A DNA stretch of 64,000 bases from Octopus vulgaris (lineage: Eukaryota): positions 58,652,001-58,716,000 of the forward strand of contig OX597827.1 of assembly GCA_951406725.2 (NCBI GenBank), read 5' to 3'. Position numbers and translations under genes: made by a program. This document shows positions 13,971 to 29,704 of the stretch, one piece after another. The notes below the pieces were generated by a model. The model saw only the letters and a program-made list of their open reading frames with translations, was not told where the DNA came from and did no database searches. Every line of letters begins with the position of its first letter. Position 1 is the stretch's first letter.

Positions 13971-15342
13971 ACCCCATCAAACTTCTTTTAGGTCATTGAT
14001 TTCGTTCCCTTTCAATCTTCTCTCTCACACTCTCACTCGTTCCCATCAACTCCCCTGAATATTTCACCCTCACTCTTCACACATCCATTTCCCCTCCTCC
14101 TTTCAACCTTCGACCACCACCACCACCACCACCACCACCACCACCACCACCACCACCACCACCACCACCACCACCACCATCACCACCACCACCACCACCA
14201 CCACCACCACCACCACCACCACCATGTCCTTTATCACCATCAACACCATCTTCGTCATCATCCCCTTCATCACTACCACGACTATCCCACTCCACCACCA
14301 CCACCACCGCCGCCACCGCCGCCGCCACCGCCGCCACCGCCACCGCCGCCGACACCACCACCGCCACCACCACCACCTTTCATTATCACCCTAAAACTCC
14401 GTTCACCTTCCAGCATCTCGCCGCACCACCATTCACTTCATTCCCCTCCACCGTCCCACAATCACTATGATTACCACCACCACCACCACCACAACCACCA
14501 CCACCACCACCACCACCACCATCACCATCAACATCATCACCACCAGCACCAACACCACCACTACCGTCACCACTTCAACGACTACGACCATCATAAACAC
14601 CACCACCACCAACACCATCACCACAACCGACACAACAACCACCCACCACCACTCCACCACTACTACCACCACTACATCTCCACCCCCACCACCACCAACA
14701 CTACCCAATATCTCTCTTCATCCCCAATTATTTCCACATTACAAGCTCACCCCATCTCTCTCTTTCTCTCTTTCTTTCTCTCTCTCTTTATCCCTTCTCT
14801 TCCTTTCTCATCATTCCCATTTACTTCCACTCCACAAGTTTTCCCTCTCTCACTTTCACTCTCACTCTCCGTCTTTAACTATCACTCTTTCTCTCTTATC
14901 CTCTCTCCATCTCCTCCCCCTCTCTCTCTCTCACTCACTATCTTCCTCCCTCCCAGCTCCACAACTCCGTAAGTTCATCGTTCCTTCGAACTGTTCTTAA
15001 TACTTGGCGGCCCTCAACCTATTATTCAATGCGCTAATGGCTGGGCCGATGTCATTTTATGCCACACACGCTCAACTTAATTGAATTTTCAACCCACATT
15101 AAATTAGACAGTGTCTATGAGCAGACGAGATACGTTTGGGTTGTAGAGGTCAGTTGTTTTTGCCAGATTCAAGCAGAAGTGAAAGCCAGGCAAACACGGC
15201 TTGCTTGACAAACGACTCACAAAGCAAAGGGCCCAAAAAGCGCACCGATACACGCACACATACGTACACACACGGAAACGAACGAATATACGTACCAGCT
15301 CTCATCCATTTGTATGTATGTATGTATATATGTATGTATGTG

Positions 15343-15390
<48 letters not shown>

Positions 15391-15598
15391 TACACATGAA
15401 CATATGTAGATGTTTATATGTACATATAAATATGTATGCATGTATATGTATACACGCTCACACAACCCCCTCCACACATATATTATATATACATATACAT
15501 ACACACATGACGTGTGAACGTGTGAGCGCGTCCGACTGTACTATGTGTAAATGAGTGCGTGTATAACACAAGTATATATATATATGTATATATGTATG

Positions 15599-15631
<33 letters not shown>

Positions 15632-15650
<19 letters not shown>

Positions 15651-15821
15651 ATATAATATATATATATATGATATATATATCACATATACATATATAAGTA
15701 TATAGTGAGACAGACAGACAGACAGAAATAGATGGATAGATAGATTGATACATAGATTGATAGAAAGGTAGATAGATAAATGTATGTATGGCATTTAAAC
15801 ATATATATATACATACATACA

Positions 15822-15898
<77 letters not shown>

Positions 15899-16074
15899 AT
15901 ATATATGTTTAAATGCGCATACATACATTTATCTATCTACCTTTCTATCAATCTATTTATCAATCTATCTATCCATCTATTTCTGTCTGTCTGTCTGTCT
16001 CACTATATACTTATATATGTATATGTGATATATATATCATATATATATATATTATATGTGATATATATATATAT
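15632..16074. repeat. Long near-perfect palindrome centred on a (TA)n tract
   Basis: 15647-15830 is the reverse complement of 15885-16065, with about 2 differences. Confidence 0.92.
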
Positions 16075-16093
16075 CTACATACACAGAGAGAGA

Positions 16094-16130
<37 letters not shown>

Positions 16131-16793
16131 CTATCTCAGCGCCAGCGTATGTATTTTATGTATATATTTATATGTACTTGTATGTGTGTGTTTGTTTGTT
16201 TGTGTAAAAGAATGTATGTATATATACATATTGCGATGTGTGTATGGGGTGGATTGTAGGTATTAAAGAGAGCAAGTACAATATGGTTTCTCATTTTCCC
16301 TCTCTTTATCTCTTATTATATCATCCCTCCCACTGTTTCCCCACTCTATCACCTCTACTCTCTCTTTCCATTCATTTCTAGACCATTTTGTCTAAATCTC
16401 TCTCTTACTCTCTCTCACTCTTTCTTGTTTTCCCTGTCTCTTACATTTTCTCTCTCCCACACATGAACTCTCTCTCTCTTATTTCTTCCCCTTTCTCTAT
16501 TCTTCACAATCTCTATTCCGTTCTCTTCCCTTTGTTTCCCTTACTAGTTTCACTCAGTTTCCCCTTTTTCACTCTCACTATTCCTCCTCTCATCTCTCTC
16601 AACTTCTTCGCGATTCTTACGAACACAAGTTTTCTTATAATTTATGTGTCTACCAGTCTTCATACCTACCAACCTACCTACCTACATACCTACCTACCTA
16701 CCTACCTACCTACCTACCTACCTACCTACCTACCTACCTACCTACCTACCTATCTATCTACCTACCTACCTACCTACCTACTTACCTATCTAT

Positions 16794-16858
<65 letters not shown>

Positions 16859-16894
16859 AATCTATCTATCTGCCTGTCTGTCTGTCTGTCTGTC

Positions 16895-18220
<1,326 letters not shown>

Positions 18221-18377
18221 AATTATTCAGAATCAAAAGTGCAGAAATGGTGTACTCTGAATGAATAAAGTGACGTACTTCAATGGTAGAGAGAGATCCA
18301 TAAATCAGGTACTCCAAAAGAGTTGGAAGGACGGAGTCCGTGTGAGCGTGCAGTAAATAGGCAATAAAAAACACAGA

Positions 18378-18409
<32 letters not shown>

Positions 18410-18845
18410 CATACATACATATGTATGTATGTATATATATATATATGTATGTATATATGTATATACACACATACACACGTACATACGTACTTATAAACAT
18501 GTATATATATGTGTGTATATGTGCGTGCCACCAGTAGTACGCAGATGCTGGCTTGATCTCATTCAAGTCATTCGGTACAACGCAACTGAACTAGTTTAAT
18601 GACCAATGTTTAATAGGCCTTCATCGATGTATGATACTGTTCACGGCAAACGTGGTCAACTGGAGATGAGAGACTCACAGGGACATGTCACCGACTTTTG
18701 CAGCCATTGGACATGATGTGAATGCGGGGAGAGGAGACAGCGTGTGCTTATATGAGTGTAAGCGTGTTCACTAATGATGTGTGAGTATATGTGTGTGATT
18801 GTGTAAAGAGATGTTGAAATAAGTACCTGTGACGGCATCAGTTTT

Positions 18846-18877
<32 letters not shown>

Positions 18878-18909
18878 TGTATGTATGTATGTATGTATGT
18901 ATGTATGTA

Positions 18910-18947
<38 letters not shown>

Positions 18948-19068
18948 TGAGAGTGTGTGTGTGTGTGTGTGTGTGTCTGTGTATGTGTGTCTGTCTGTCT
19001 GTGTGTGTCTGTGTGTGTGTATTTGGCTGTTTCTTGTATGAATGCTGTCTTTAACGTATGTACATATA

Positions 19069-20337
19069 CAGGAGTTGGACAAAATAATGGAAACACCTTA
19101 AAATTTCAAACAAATTTATTTTAATATGGGGTAGGACTGCCTTTGGCAGTAATTACAGCTAGAATTCTACGAGGTATGACTTGTACAAAGTTTGAATTGT
19201 TTCCAAAGGAATTTTTGCCAATTCTTCAGCTAAAACAGTCTCCAGTTCTTGTGGTGATGATGGTGGAGGACATCGATTCCTTGTTTTTCTAAAATGCACC
19301 AGAAATGTTCAATAATATTGATATCTGGGGACTGTAGTGGCCAGATAAGATGTTCGAATTCACTAGAATGTTCCTCGTGCCATTCAGTAACAACTTTAGC
19401 TGTTTGAGTTGGTGCCATTATCATCCTGAAAGATTGTGTTTCCCTCCGGAAGCAGTTCCGCAACCATGGGATGAATTTGATCAGATAAAATGCTCAAATA
19501 GTCTTGACTATTAATTCTGCCATGAAGAGAAACCATTGGGCTGGCGGATTTCTAAGATATTGTCACCTACCCCCACCCCCAGATCATCACAGATTCTCCT
19601 CCCTGTTTAACAGCTGGAAGAGGGCAGTCTGGTCAAATGCTTGTTTTGGTTGTCTCCCCAAGTATACTCGGCCGGTGGTCGGAAATAAGGTAAAGGATGA
19701 CTCATCCGAGAAAATAACATTCTTCCACTGCTCTAGGGAACAATTAAGTAGGTTTTACTCCACTCTAAACGCTTTGCAACGTTTGTTTTTGAAAGTAGTG
19801 GTTTTGTGATTGCAGCCCTCCCGTGAAATCCGGCTTTATGCAGCTCCCGGAAAACAGTTTTTGTGGAAATTGGTTTCTCGAGGTGGTCATTAAGCTCTGC
19901 AATAATTTGGGGAGCTGTACTTTTATGATCCTTTTTAACAATTCGCACGAGAGTCCGACGGTCCCTATCTGAAAGTTTTTGTTTTCTTCCGGAGTTTGTT
20001 TCAAGGAGGAGGTTTTCCCTTCTTTCTCAAAGGCTGTCATTACTTTCGAGACAGTACTTCTTGATACACCAAACATTTCGGCTGTTTTATTACGCTAGCG
20101 TCTGCCATGCGAGCACCAACAATTTGACCTCTTTGAAAGTCTGATAGATCTGTCATTTTAATGAATTTTAATTACCTTTTTCTGATGATATCTGAAAAGA
20201 AACAGCAATTTTAGCAAAACATATTAAGCAACACTAATAATAAATAAATAAAAAAACAAAAGCATAAAAATAAACAAGCTTTTTCAAAATTATGATGTTA
20301 TGATGCTAGGTGTTTCCATAATTTTGTCCAACCCCTA
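19069..20337 (-). mobile_element. Near full-length Tc1-like element (degenerate transposase 20156->19121)
   Basis: TA-flanked ~30-bp TIRs caggagttggacaaaataatggaaacacct / aggtgtttccataattttgtccaaccccta. HTH (FGVSRSTVS), FSDES and WPLQSPDINIIEHFW motifs with frameshifts. Confidence 0.92.
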
Positions 20338-21747
20338 TATGTATGTATATGTGAGTGTATGTGTATGCATGTATGTATACGTGTATGAGCATGTGTATTT
20401 GGCTGTTTCTTATATGAATGCCGACCTTATCTGCATTGCGCGCGCGCGTATGTGTATGTGCACGTGTGTGTGTGTGTGTGCAACATGTATGTGTATTTGC
20501 ACATATGTGTGTACATGAATTTGCCGGTATGTGTGCGCAGATATGTGGTTGCATGTATGTTTGTACGCATGTGTGTGTGCATATATGTGTTTATTTGGTT
20601 CTTTTTCTACGAATACTAACCTTATGTATGTGTGTGCGTGTGTGTGCATGTGCGTGCGTGGTTGTGTGTGCGTGTGTGTGCATGTGCGTGCGTGGTTGTG
20701 CGTGTGTGTGTCTGTCTGTGGTGATGTCTCCATCTCTGTATATCAGAACTATTTATTGTTTTGATTTCCTGGTGCCTTGGAGATCCAACAAAAAAATTTT
20801 GACGCACTTCTCAATGAAAAATTAAAATTTACCACCGAAATTCTCGCGCTGAGATAGGAATTCTTGGTGCACATTTCATGGAAAGTCCTAATTTACTGGC
20901 GAATCTTTCATGAAAAGTTCACATTTACAATAGAATATAACAGATGACAGAATTCCTTTAGTGATTAACTGGCATCGACATTTCGCTGGCATTTCAAAAG
21001 TGCACGAAAAAATATCCTCGTTTCAAACAGTTATTCCCTCAGCCGCCTATTGTAGCCTTTAAACGGAATAAGAATATAAGAGAATTATTGACCACTATAT
21101 CTGACTCCAAGAAAACGAACATTGGAGTATCTACACGCTGTACCTTAAAGAACAGCCGCAACAGAGGTAAGCTCTGTTCATTGTGCAATAACATGAGTGA
21201 AGTGAATTCCATCAGAAATGATAACAGAAATGTTATGATTTATACAGAAGGTGGACATGTAAAGATTCCCATTTGGTGTACGCTGCACGAAACACAACTT
21301 AACAATCAATGCACGAAACACAACTTAATTTATGTTGTTTGTACAACAGAACAATTAAACAAAATTTTTAATGGGCACAGATTCGACGTCAGGCTCAATA
21401 ACAGTAGTTCGACAGAACTTGATGAACATTTCGTTTCAAGCGGCTGCAATTTTGAAGAAGACTTGAAAGTTCATATTCTCAGAAAATATTCTGAATCTGT
21501 TTCACTTTCACTTCTCAGAATGTATGAGGAGAAATATGTTTGCGGGTTATTAACATCACGCCCTGGAGGAATGAATAAGATGACAGGAGAATATCATCAA
21601 ATTTATACAAAACTGTTTGATTAAATATTCTTCTTTCTCTCTTTTCCTTTCCTCTTTTTCTGTCGTCTTCTTTTTTCTGTTTGTTTCTGTTTTTTTTTCT
21701 GTCTTTTTCTTTGCGCCTGTTATAAAATTGTAATTTTAAAACTGATG

Positions 21748-21918
21748 AGTGGCTGTGTGGTAAGTAGCTTGCTAACCAACCTCATGGTTCCGGGTTCAGT
21801 GGCATCTTGGGCAAGTGTCTTCTGCGTGGCATCTTGGGCAAGTGTCTTCTGCTATAGCCCCGGGCCGACCAATGCCTTGTGAGTGGATTTGGTAGACGGA
21901 AACTGAAAGAAGCCTGTC

Positions 21919-21978
<60 letters not shown>

Positions 21979-22196
21979 TTGTGTGTCTGTGTTTGTCCCC
22001 CTAGCATTGCTTGACAACCGATGCTGGTGTGTTTACGTCCCCGTTACTTAGCGGTTCGGCAAAAAGAGATCGATAGAATAAGTACTGGGCTTACAAAGAA
22101 TAAGTCCCGGGGTCGATTTGCTCGACTAAAGGCGGTGCTCCAGCATGGCCGCAGTCAAATGACTGAAACAAGTAAAAGAGTAAAAGAGTAAAGAGA
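21748..22196 (+). mobile_element. SINE family A inserted in the PLE 3' region
   Basis: Full consensus with a short internal duplication (gtggcatcttgggcaagtgtcttctgc x2) and (gtaaaaga)n tail. Confidence 0.9.
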
Positions 22197-22286
22197 TGTC
22201 ATTCCATCAACTTGTGGACGCTGGTTGCTCTCGTTCATACTTTACGTTTAAATTTCTGTAATTTTGAATTTTTATCACTTCTTATT

Positions 22287-22329
22287 TTGAACTTGACAAA
22301 GACAGACGAACTGTTGAAATATCGTTCAA
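22287..22329 (+). ncRNA. Degenerate minimal hammerhead ribozyme motif (PLE-associated)
   Basis: ttgaac-TTGACAA-a-gacag/acgaa/ctgtt-GAAA-ta-TC-gttcaa: 6-bp stem I, stem II, GAAA, UC. The core is two transitions from CTGACGA. Confidence 0.55.
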
Positions 22330-22373
22330 CTAATAAAATATCTTACAATCGAATCGCGCTCTTCGTCTTGACT

Positions 22374-22423
<50 letters not shown>

Positions 22424-23105
22424 TGATGATGATGATAATAATGATGATGATGATGAGGAGGAGGAGGATTTCTTTTGATTTTTCTTTTTTAATTTTTACT
22501 ATATTTTCCCTTTTTTGTTGTTTTTTTTAAATCACCGTCAGCAACTTCGAAGTGAGGGCCAGTAGTAAGTCGATTACATCTCCCCCAATTCCCCCAGTAC
22601 TTGACTGGTACTTTATTCTATCGACACCGAAAGGATAAAAGGCGGAAATTAACCTCAGCGGGATTGTCAACTTTAGTCTTTCATCCTTTCGGATTCAATA
22701 AAAAAGAAAAAAAAAAGAGAAAAGCAATAACATCATCATCATCATCAACAACAACAGCAACAACGACGAACGACTACGACAACAACAACAACGGCGATGA
22801 TGACTACAAGATCAACAACAAAAAAATCGCCCATTTTGCTTCTTGATAAAGGGTAATTAATCCGGTTAAGTTGGCGAGAGATTATTTACCGTTGTGCCTG
22901 TGGCCCACCCAAATGCCTATTGATGCCTATTGTTATCTCCCCGGCTTTTGTCGTTAGCAGCAACACCACTGAAATCAAATAAACTGTAACTGCTTCTTTC
23001 TCAATTAACCGTTTATTATAATCTGGACTGTTATTGAGAGAGGAAATCCTTTTATAACCATTTTGTGTGTGCGTGAGAGTGTGTGTGTGTGTCGGTGTGT
23101 GTGTG

Positions 23106-23136
<31 letters not shown>

Positions 23137-23147
23137 GGTGCGTGTAA

Positions 23148-23198
<51 letters not shown>

Positions 23199-23247
23199 AC
23201 ATACATACACATATACATACATACAAACATACATACATACATACATG

Positions 23248-23506
23248 TGGAGGCGCGTGGTTTAGTGGTTAGGGTGTTAGTACCATGATCGTAAGATTGT
23301 GGTTTCGATTCCTGGACCGGGCGACGCGTTGTGTTGTTGAGCAAAACACTTCATCATTTCACGTTGCTCCAGTACACTCAGCTGGCAAAAATGAGTAACG
23401 CTGCAATGGATTGGCATCCCATCCTGCTGGGGAACATATGCGCTATAAAAACCGGGAAACCGGACCCATGAGCCTGGCTAGGCTTTAAAAGGGCGCATTT
23501 ATTATT
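23248..23506 (+). mobile_element. SINE family C
   Basis: A-box-like tggtttagtggtt, B-box-like gtttcgattcc, V-SINE-like core, ttatta tail. Confidence 0.85.
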
Positions 23507-23786
23507 ATACATACATACATACGAGGTCGTTTTTTTTCTTCACCTCTTCCACATCTGCAAATTCCGTAGCACAATCATTCGTCACCAGTGATGACCTTCA
23601 AAAAAAAAAAAAAAAAAGGGCCGGACCAACTACCAACTGCTCTTTCAGTTCACAACGCGTATTCTTTTGATCTTCCATGAAAAAACGAAGTTTAAATTTC
23701 GCTGCAACTTTTTTTTATTCGCAATTCCTCGCTCAAAATTCATTGATAGAAGCTCCAGGATACACCAATCATATCAACAAGTTCGT

Positions 23787-23939
23787 CATGGCTGTGTGGT
23801 AAATAGCTTGCTTGCCAACCACATGGTTCCGGGGTCAATCCCACTGCGTGGCACCTTGGGCAAATGTCTTCTACTACAGCCTCGGGCCGACCAAAGCCTT
23901 GTGAGTGGATTTGGTAGACGGAAACTGAAAGAAGCCCGT

Positions 23940-24025
<86 letters not shown>

Positions 24026-24206
24026 TGTGTCTGTGCTTGTCCGCTTGACAACCGATGCTGGTTTGTTTACGTCCCCGTAACTTAGCGGTTCGGCCAATGA
24101 GATCGATAGAATAAATACTAGGCTTACAAAGATTAAGTCCTGGGGTCGATTTGCTCGACTAAAGGCGGTGCTCAAACGACTGAAACAAGTAAAAGAGTAG
24201 AAGAGT
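23787..24206 (+). mobile_element. SINE family A
   Basis: Consensus match with internal (TA)n(TG)n. Confidence 0.9.
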
Positions 24207-24867
24207 ATATACATATATTTTTATGTATGTATACACACGCGCACACACATACACACACACATACGCGCACACACCTGTATATCTAGATTTATATATGCAA
24301 ACACACACATCATACTTCAACCATTTTACTACTCACTCTTTAAGCATTGCTCATGTCTCCTCCTCACTTCCATCACCAACACCAACACCAACACCAACGC
24401 CACAACCATTATTATTAGAATAAGGAAAGGAGGAAGGAAGGCAGGAAGGAAGAAAGGAAGAAAAGAAGGGACGAAGGAAAGAGAGAGAGAGAGAAAGGTG
24501 TAGACGATCAGACGGATTAACCGCTCATTAATGCGTTTCTTAACAATTGTCTCCAACACAGGTGTGCTCCTGGGTGGCTAAGGGATGGGTAGGTGGATTG
24601 GAGTGGAGTGGATTGTTGAAGTTAAATATCGAGGTTACTGTGGGACTGACATTGCCGATTGCAGAGGATGTTTAGCGATTTGATTGTATTGTCCTGGCTA
24701 TAGTATTCAACTGCGTCCGGTGGTGAGTGAAGTCTCCCGTTCGGGAGTTCTGGAGTTGTGGGGAGCATGGAGTCAACCCTTAATTACCATTGCTCTCTCT
24801 CAGGTCCGTTCTGACTCCGGGACGGCTGTACCTGTTAGAAATCCCATCAATGGATTGATTAAATAAT

Positions 24868-25494
24868 GGCTTAAAGTTTTGGCACAAGGCCAGCAATTTC
24901 AGGGACGGAGTCAAGTCGATGTAATCGACTCCAGTTTTCTACTGGTACTTATTTTATCGACCCAGAAAGGATGAAAGGCAAAGTAGACCTCGGCAGCATT
25001 TGAACTCAGAACGTGAAGACGGACGAAATACTGCTAAGCATTTTGCCTAGCGTGCTAATGATTCTACCAGCTTGCCGCCCTGGGATTAAATAATCCATCT
25101 TAATTTACGCACAAGACCTGGAATTTGTGGAGAGAGGTATAGTCGATTATATCGATCCCAGTGTTCAACTGCTACTTAATTTATCGACCCCGAAAGGATG
25201 AAAGGCAAAGACGTCGAACCTGGCGGTATTTGAACTCAGAACATGAAGACAGACGAAATACCTATTTCTTTACTACCCACAAGGGGCTAAACACAGAGAG
25301 GACAAACAAGGACAGACAAACGGATTAAGTCGATTATATCGACCCCAGTGCGTAACTGGTACTTAATTTATCGACCCCGAACGGATAAAAGGCAAAGTCG
25401 ACCTCGGCGGAATTTGAACTCAGAACGTAACGGTAGGCGAAATACGGCTACGCAATTCGCCCGGCATGCTAACGTTTCTGCAAGCTCGCCGCCT
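24868..25494 (-). mobile_element. SINE family B cluster (Meta-SINE-like central domain)
   Basis: Three copies of the ttatcgaccccgaaaggatgaaaggcaaagtcgacctcggcggaatttgaactcagaacg block. Confidence 0.85.
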
Positions 25495-25830
25495 TTGAAT
25501 TGATTAAACAATAATACGATAACAAATACTGGAAGACGAATTGTGTTTAATACTTGATTGGAAGTTGGATATAAATGGATATACATGGAGTCCTAAGCAT
25601 TAGTTAACTGTTATGCTAGATCATTCGAAATAGCAATTCTCCATGACGCGGTATTTCGTTATACAACCATAATATACTATAACGAAATACCGCCTCCGTA
25701 CAAGCCATTAATATTTACGTACCAGATTCCAGCAATTAATAATGAATTTTTCAAAACATACACGTGTACGTATGTATGTATGTATGTATGTATGTATGTA
25801 TGTATGTATGTATGTATGTATGTATGTATG

Positions 25831-25862
<32 letters not shown>

Positions 25863-25972
25863 ATGAAGCCAATGCTGAAATGAGACATTGCTACTGTATT
25901 TGTGACTAGATCTTCAAACACCTTTCGAAGCTCAAAAGTCATTTGAGATTTCACGCCAGGAAAGACGAATTA

Positions 25973-27743
<1,771 letters not shown>

Positions 27744-27815
27744 TATAGTGGTCAAGCTCTCTAAGAAGCAGTCAGTCACCATGTATGGATGTATGAACGC
27801 GTCTATGTATATATG

Positions 27816-27849
<34 letters not shown>

Positions 27850-28033
27850 TGTATGTATGTATGTATGTATGTATGTATGTATGTATGTATGTATTTAGTA
27901 TCTTTTATTGTACGTCTAAATCATCCGCCGAATCATCCATCATCCAGAGATTTAGGCAGAGTGAAAATGTTATGACTAGAATGTCAGATTACGTATGCAA
28001 GGATCCACCACCACCACCACCACCACCACCACC

Positions 28034-28185
<152 letters not shown>

Positions 28186-28463
28186 CACTACTACCACTAC
28201 TACTACTACTACTACTACTTATTTTCATTTTGTTGTTGCTGTTGTTGCAATCTTTCTTGCAAAGACGGTAGCAGTGGTGGTGGTGGTGGTGTTGCTGATG
28301 TTGATGTTGGGCGAGCAATTGGTGAGGTAGGGCGAAAGGTTTCAGCGTTTAATACCTCGTCACTGAGTCAACAGATGCGGCAGAATTGTTTGTTCTTCAT
28401 TTCCGCGCACAAAATGGACCCCTGTTCACCCGACAGGTGAATTAAATTATATATACATGTACA

Positions 28464-28507
<44 letters not shown>

Positions 28508-28642
28508 TCTATCCGTATGTGTAGGTATGTATGTGTGTGCATGTATGTATGTATGTATGTATGTATGTATGTATGTATGTATGTATGTATGTATGCATGT
28601 ATGTATGCATGTATGTATGTATGTGCATACGTATATATATAT

Positions 28643-28673
<31 letters not shown>

Positions 28674-28870
28674 CAAAGAGTGATCTGTATACATATATAT
28701 ATATATTTATATATAGGTATGTATATGTGTGTGTGTATAGGTATATCTGTATGTATATACTATATATGTATATGGATATGAGTGTGTATGTGTATATATA
28801 TATATATATATATACATGTCTCTGTATACACGCATACATATACACAAACACACACACTCACGCATACACA

Positions 28871-28945
<75 letters not shown>

Positions 28946-29704
28946 GCAGTGTGAAAACATTTTTCGGCTGCAAGTAACGAAATTTGTTTCTACCTTAGGA
29001 AAAAAAAAAACAAAGAAAGAACTGTAGCTTTTATTAATACTAGTTTAAAGATTACTAGCGGTAGCGAGTAGTGGTGTGAGGTGATAAATCTCCTCCCACA
29101 CGTTGTAGTATAATGACTGCAACAGGGTGGAGGGTGGAGGGTGGAGGAGAGAGAAACATCTGTGAGAAGTGAGTGTATATATTAAATTCTGTTTCTACGT
29201 TTGTTTAATGTATTTGTATACGCTTGTGTATGCGGTTAAGTGTTGTGTTAATGTCGTAGCGATGTTTGTATAAATTCTTAGGTTTTTTTTAATTGTATTC
29301 TTTTCTCTCTCTCTCACTCAAAAGCCTTTGATAAAATAAACCGCACCAAACACTAAATTGAAGCAGGGTTATGAAATCGTAAAGATGGTGATATCAAAAA
29401 TGCATAAAAAAAAAAAGAAATTGTTCATTAATTGATTAAACAGTCTAAATAGATATTTTGGGGGGATTTGGTTGTTATTGAGCGAGCAAAAATAATTAAG
29501 ATTATTCTTTGTGGATTCTTGGGTACTTTATAGAACGGGTTTGTGTACTCATCAGCTTATATTCAATTTATATCAATGACGACTTATAGGTATATATTTT
29601 TCAGTGAGGAAATTACAGGATGATGATTGTGGTGGCGGTGGTGTGGGGGATGACCATGAACACTGATCTGTTAGCAATAGCAGGCAAATCATCTTCGAAT
29701 CACG

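Larger units (their letters stand above)
20780..22380 (+). mobile_element. Penelope-like retroelement 3' remnant (Neptune-type linker + GIY-YIG endonuclease), interrupted by a SINE
   Basis: RIPLVINWH..., FPQPPIVAFKRNKNIRELL linker, CSLC, NLIY, FNGHRFDV..., ELDEHF, and terminal PGGMN; ORF 21088-21624. Confidence 0.8.

Noticed and set aside
21741-21749. CTGATGAG perfect hammerhead core
   Set aside because: It overlaps the SINE A junction; no matching stem II/GAAA was found after removing the SINE.
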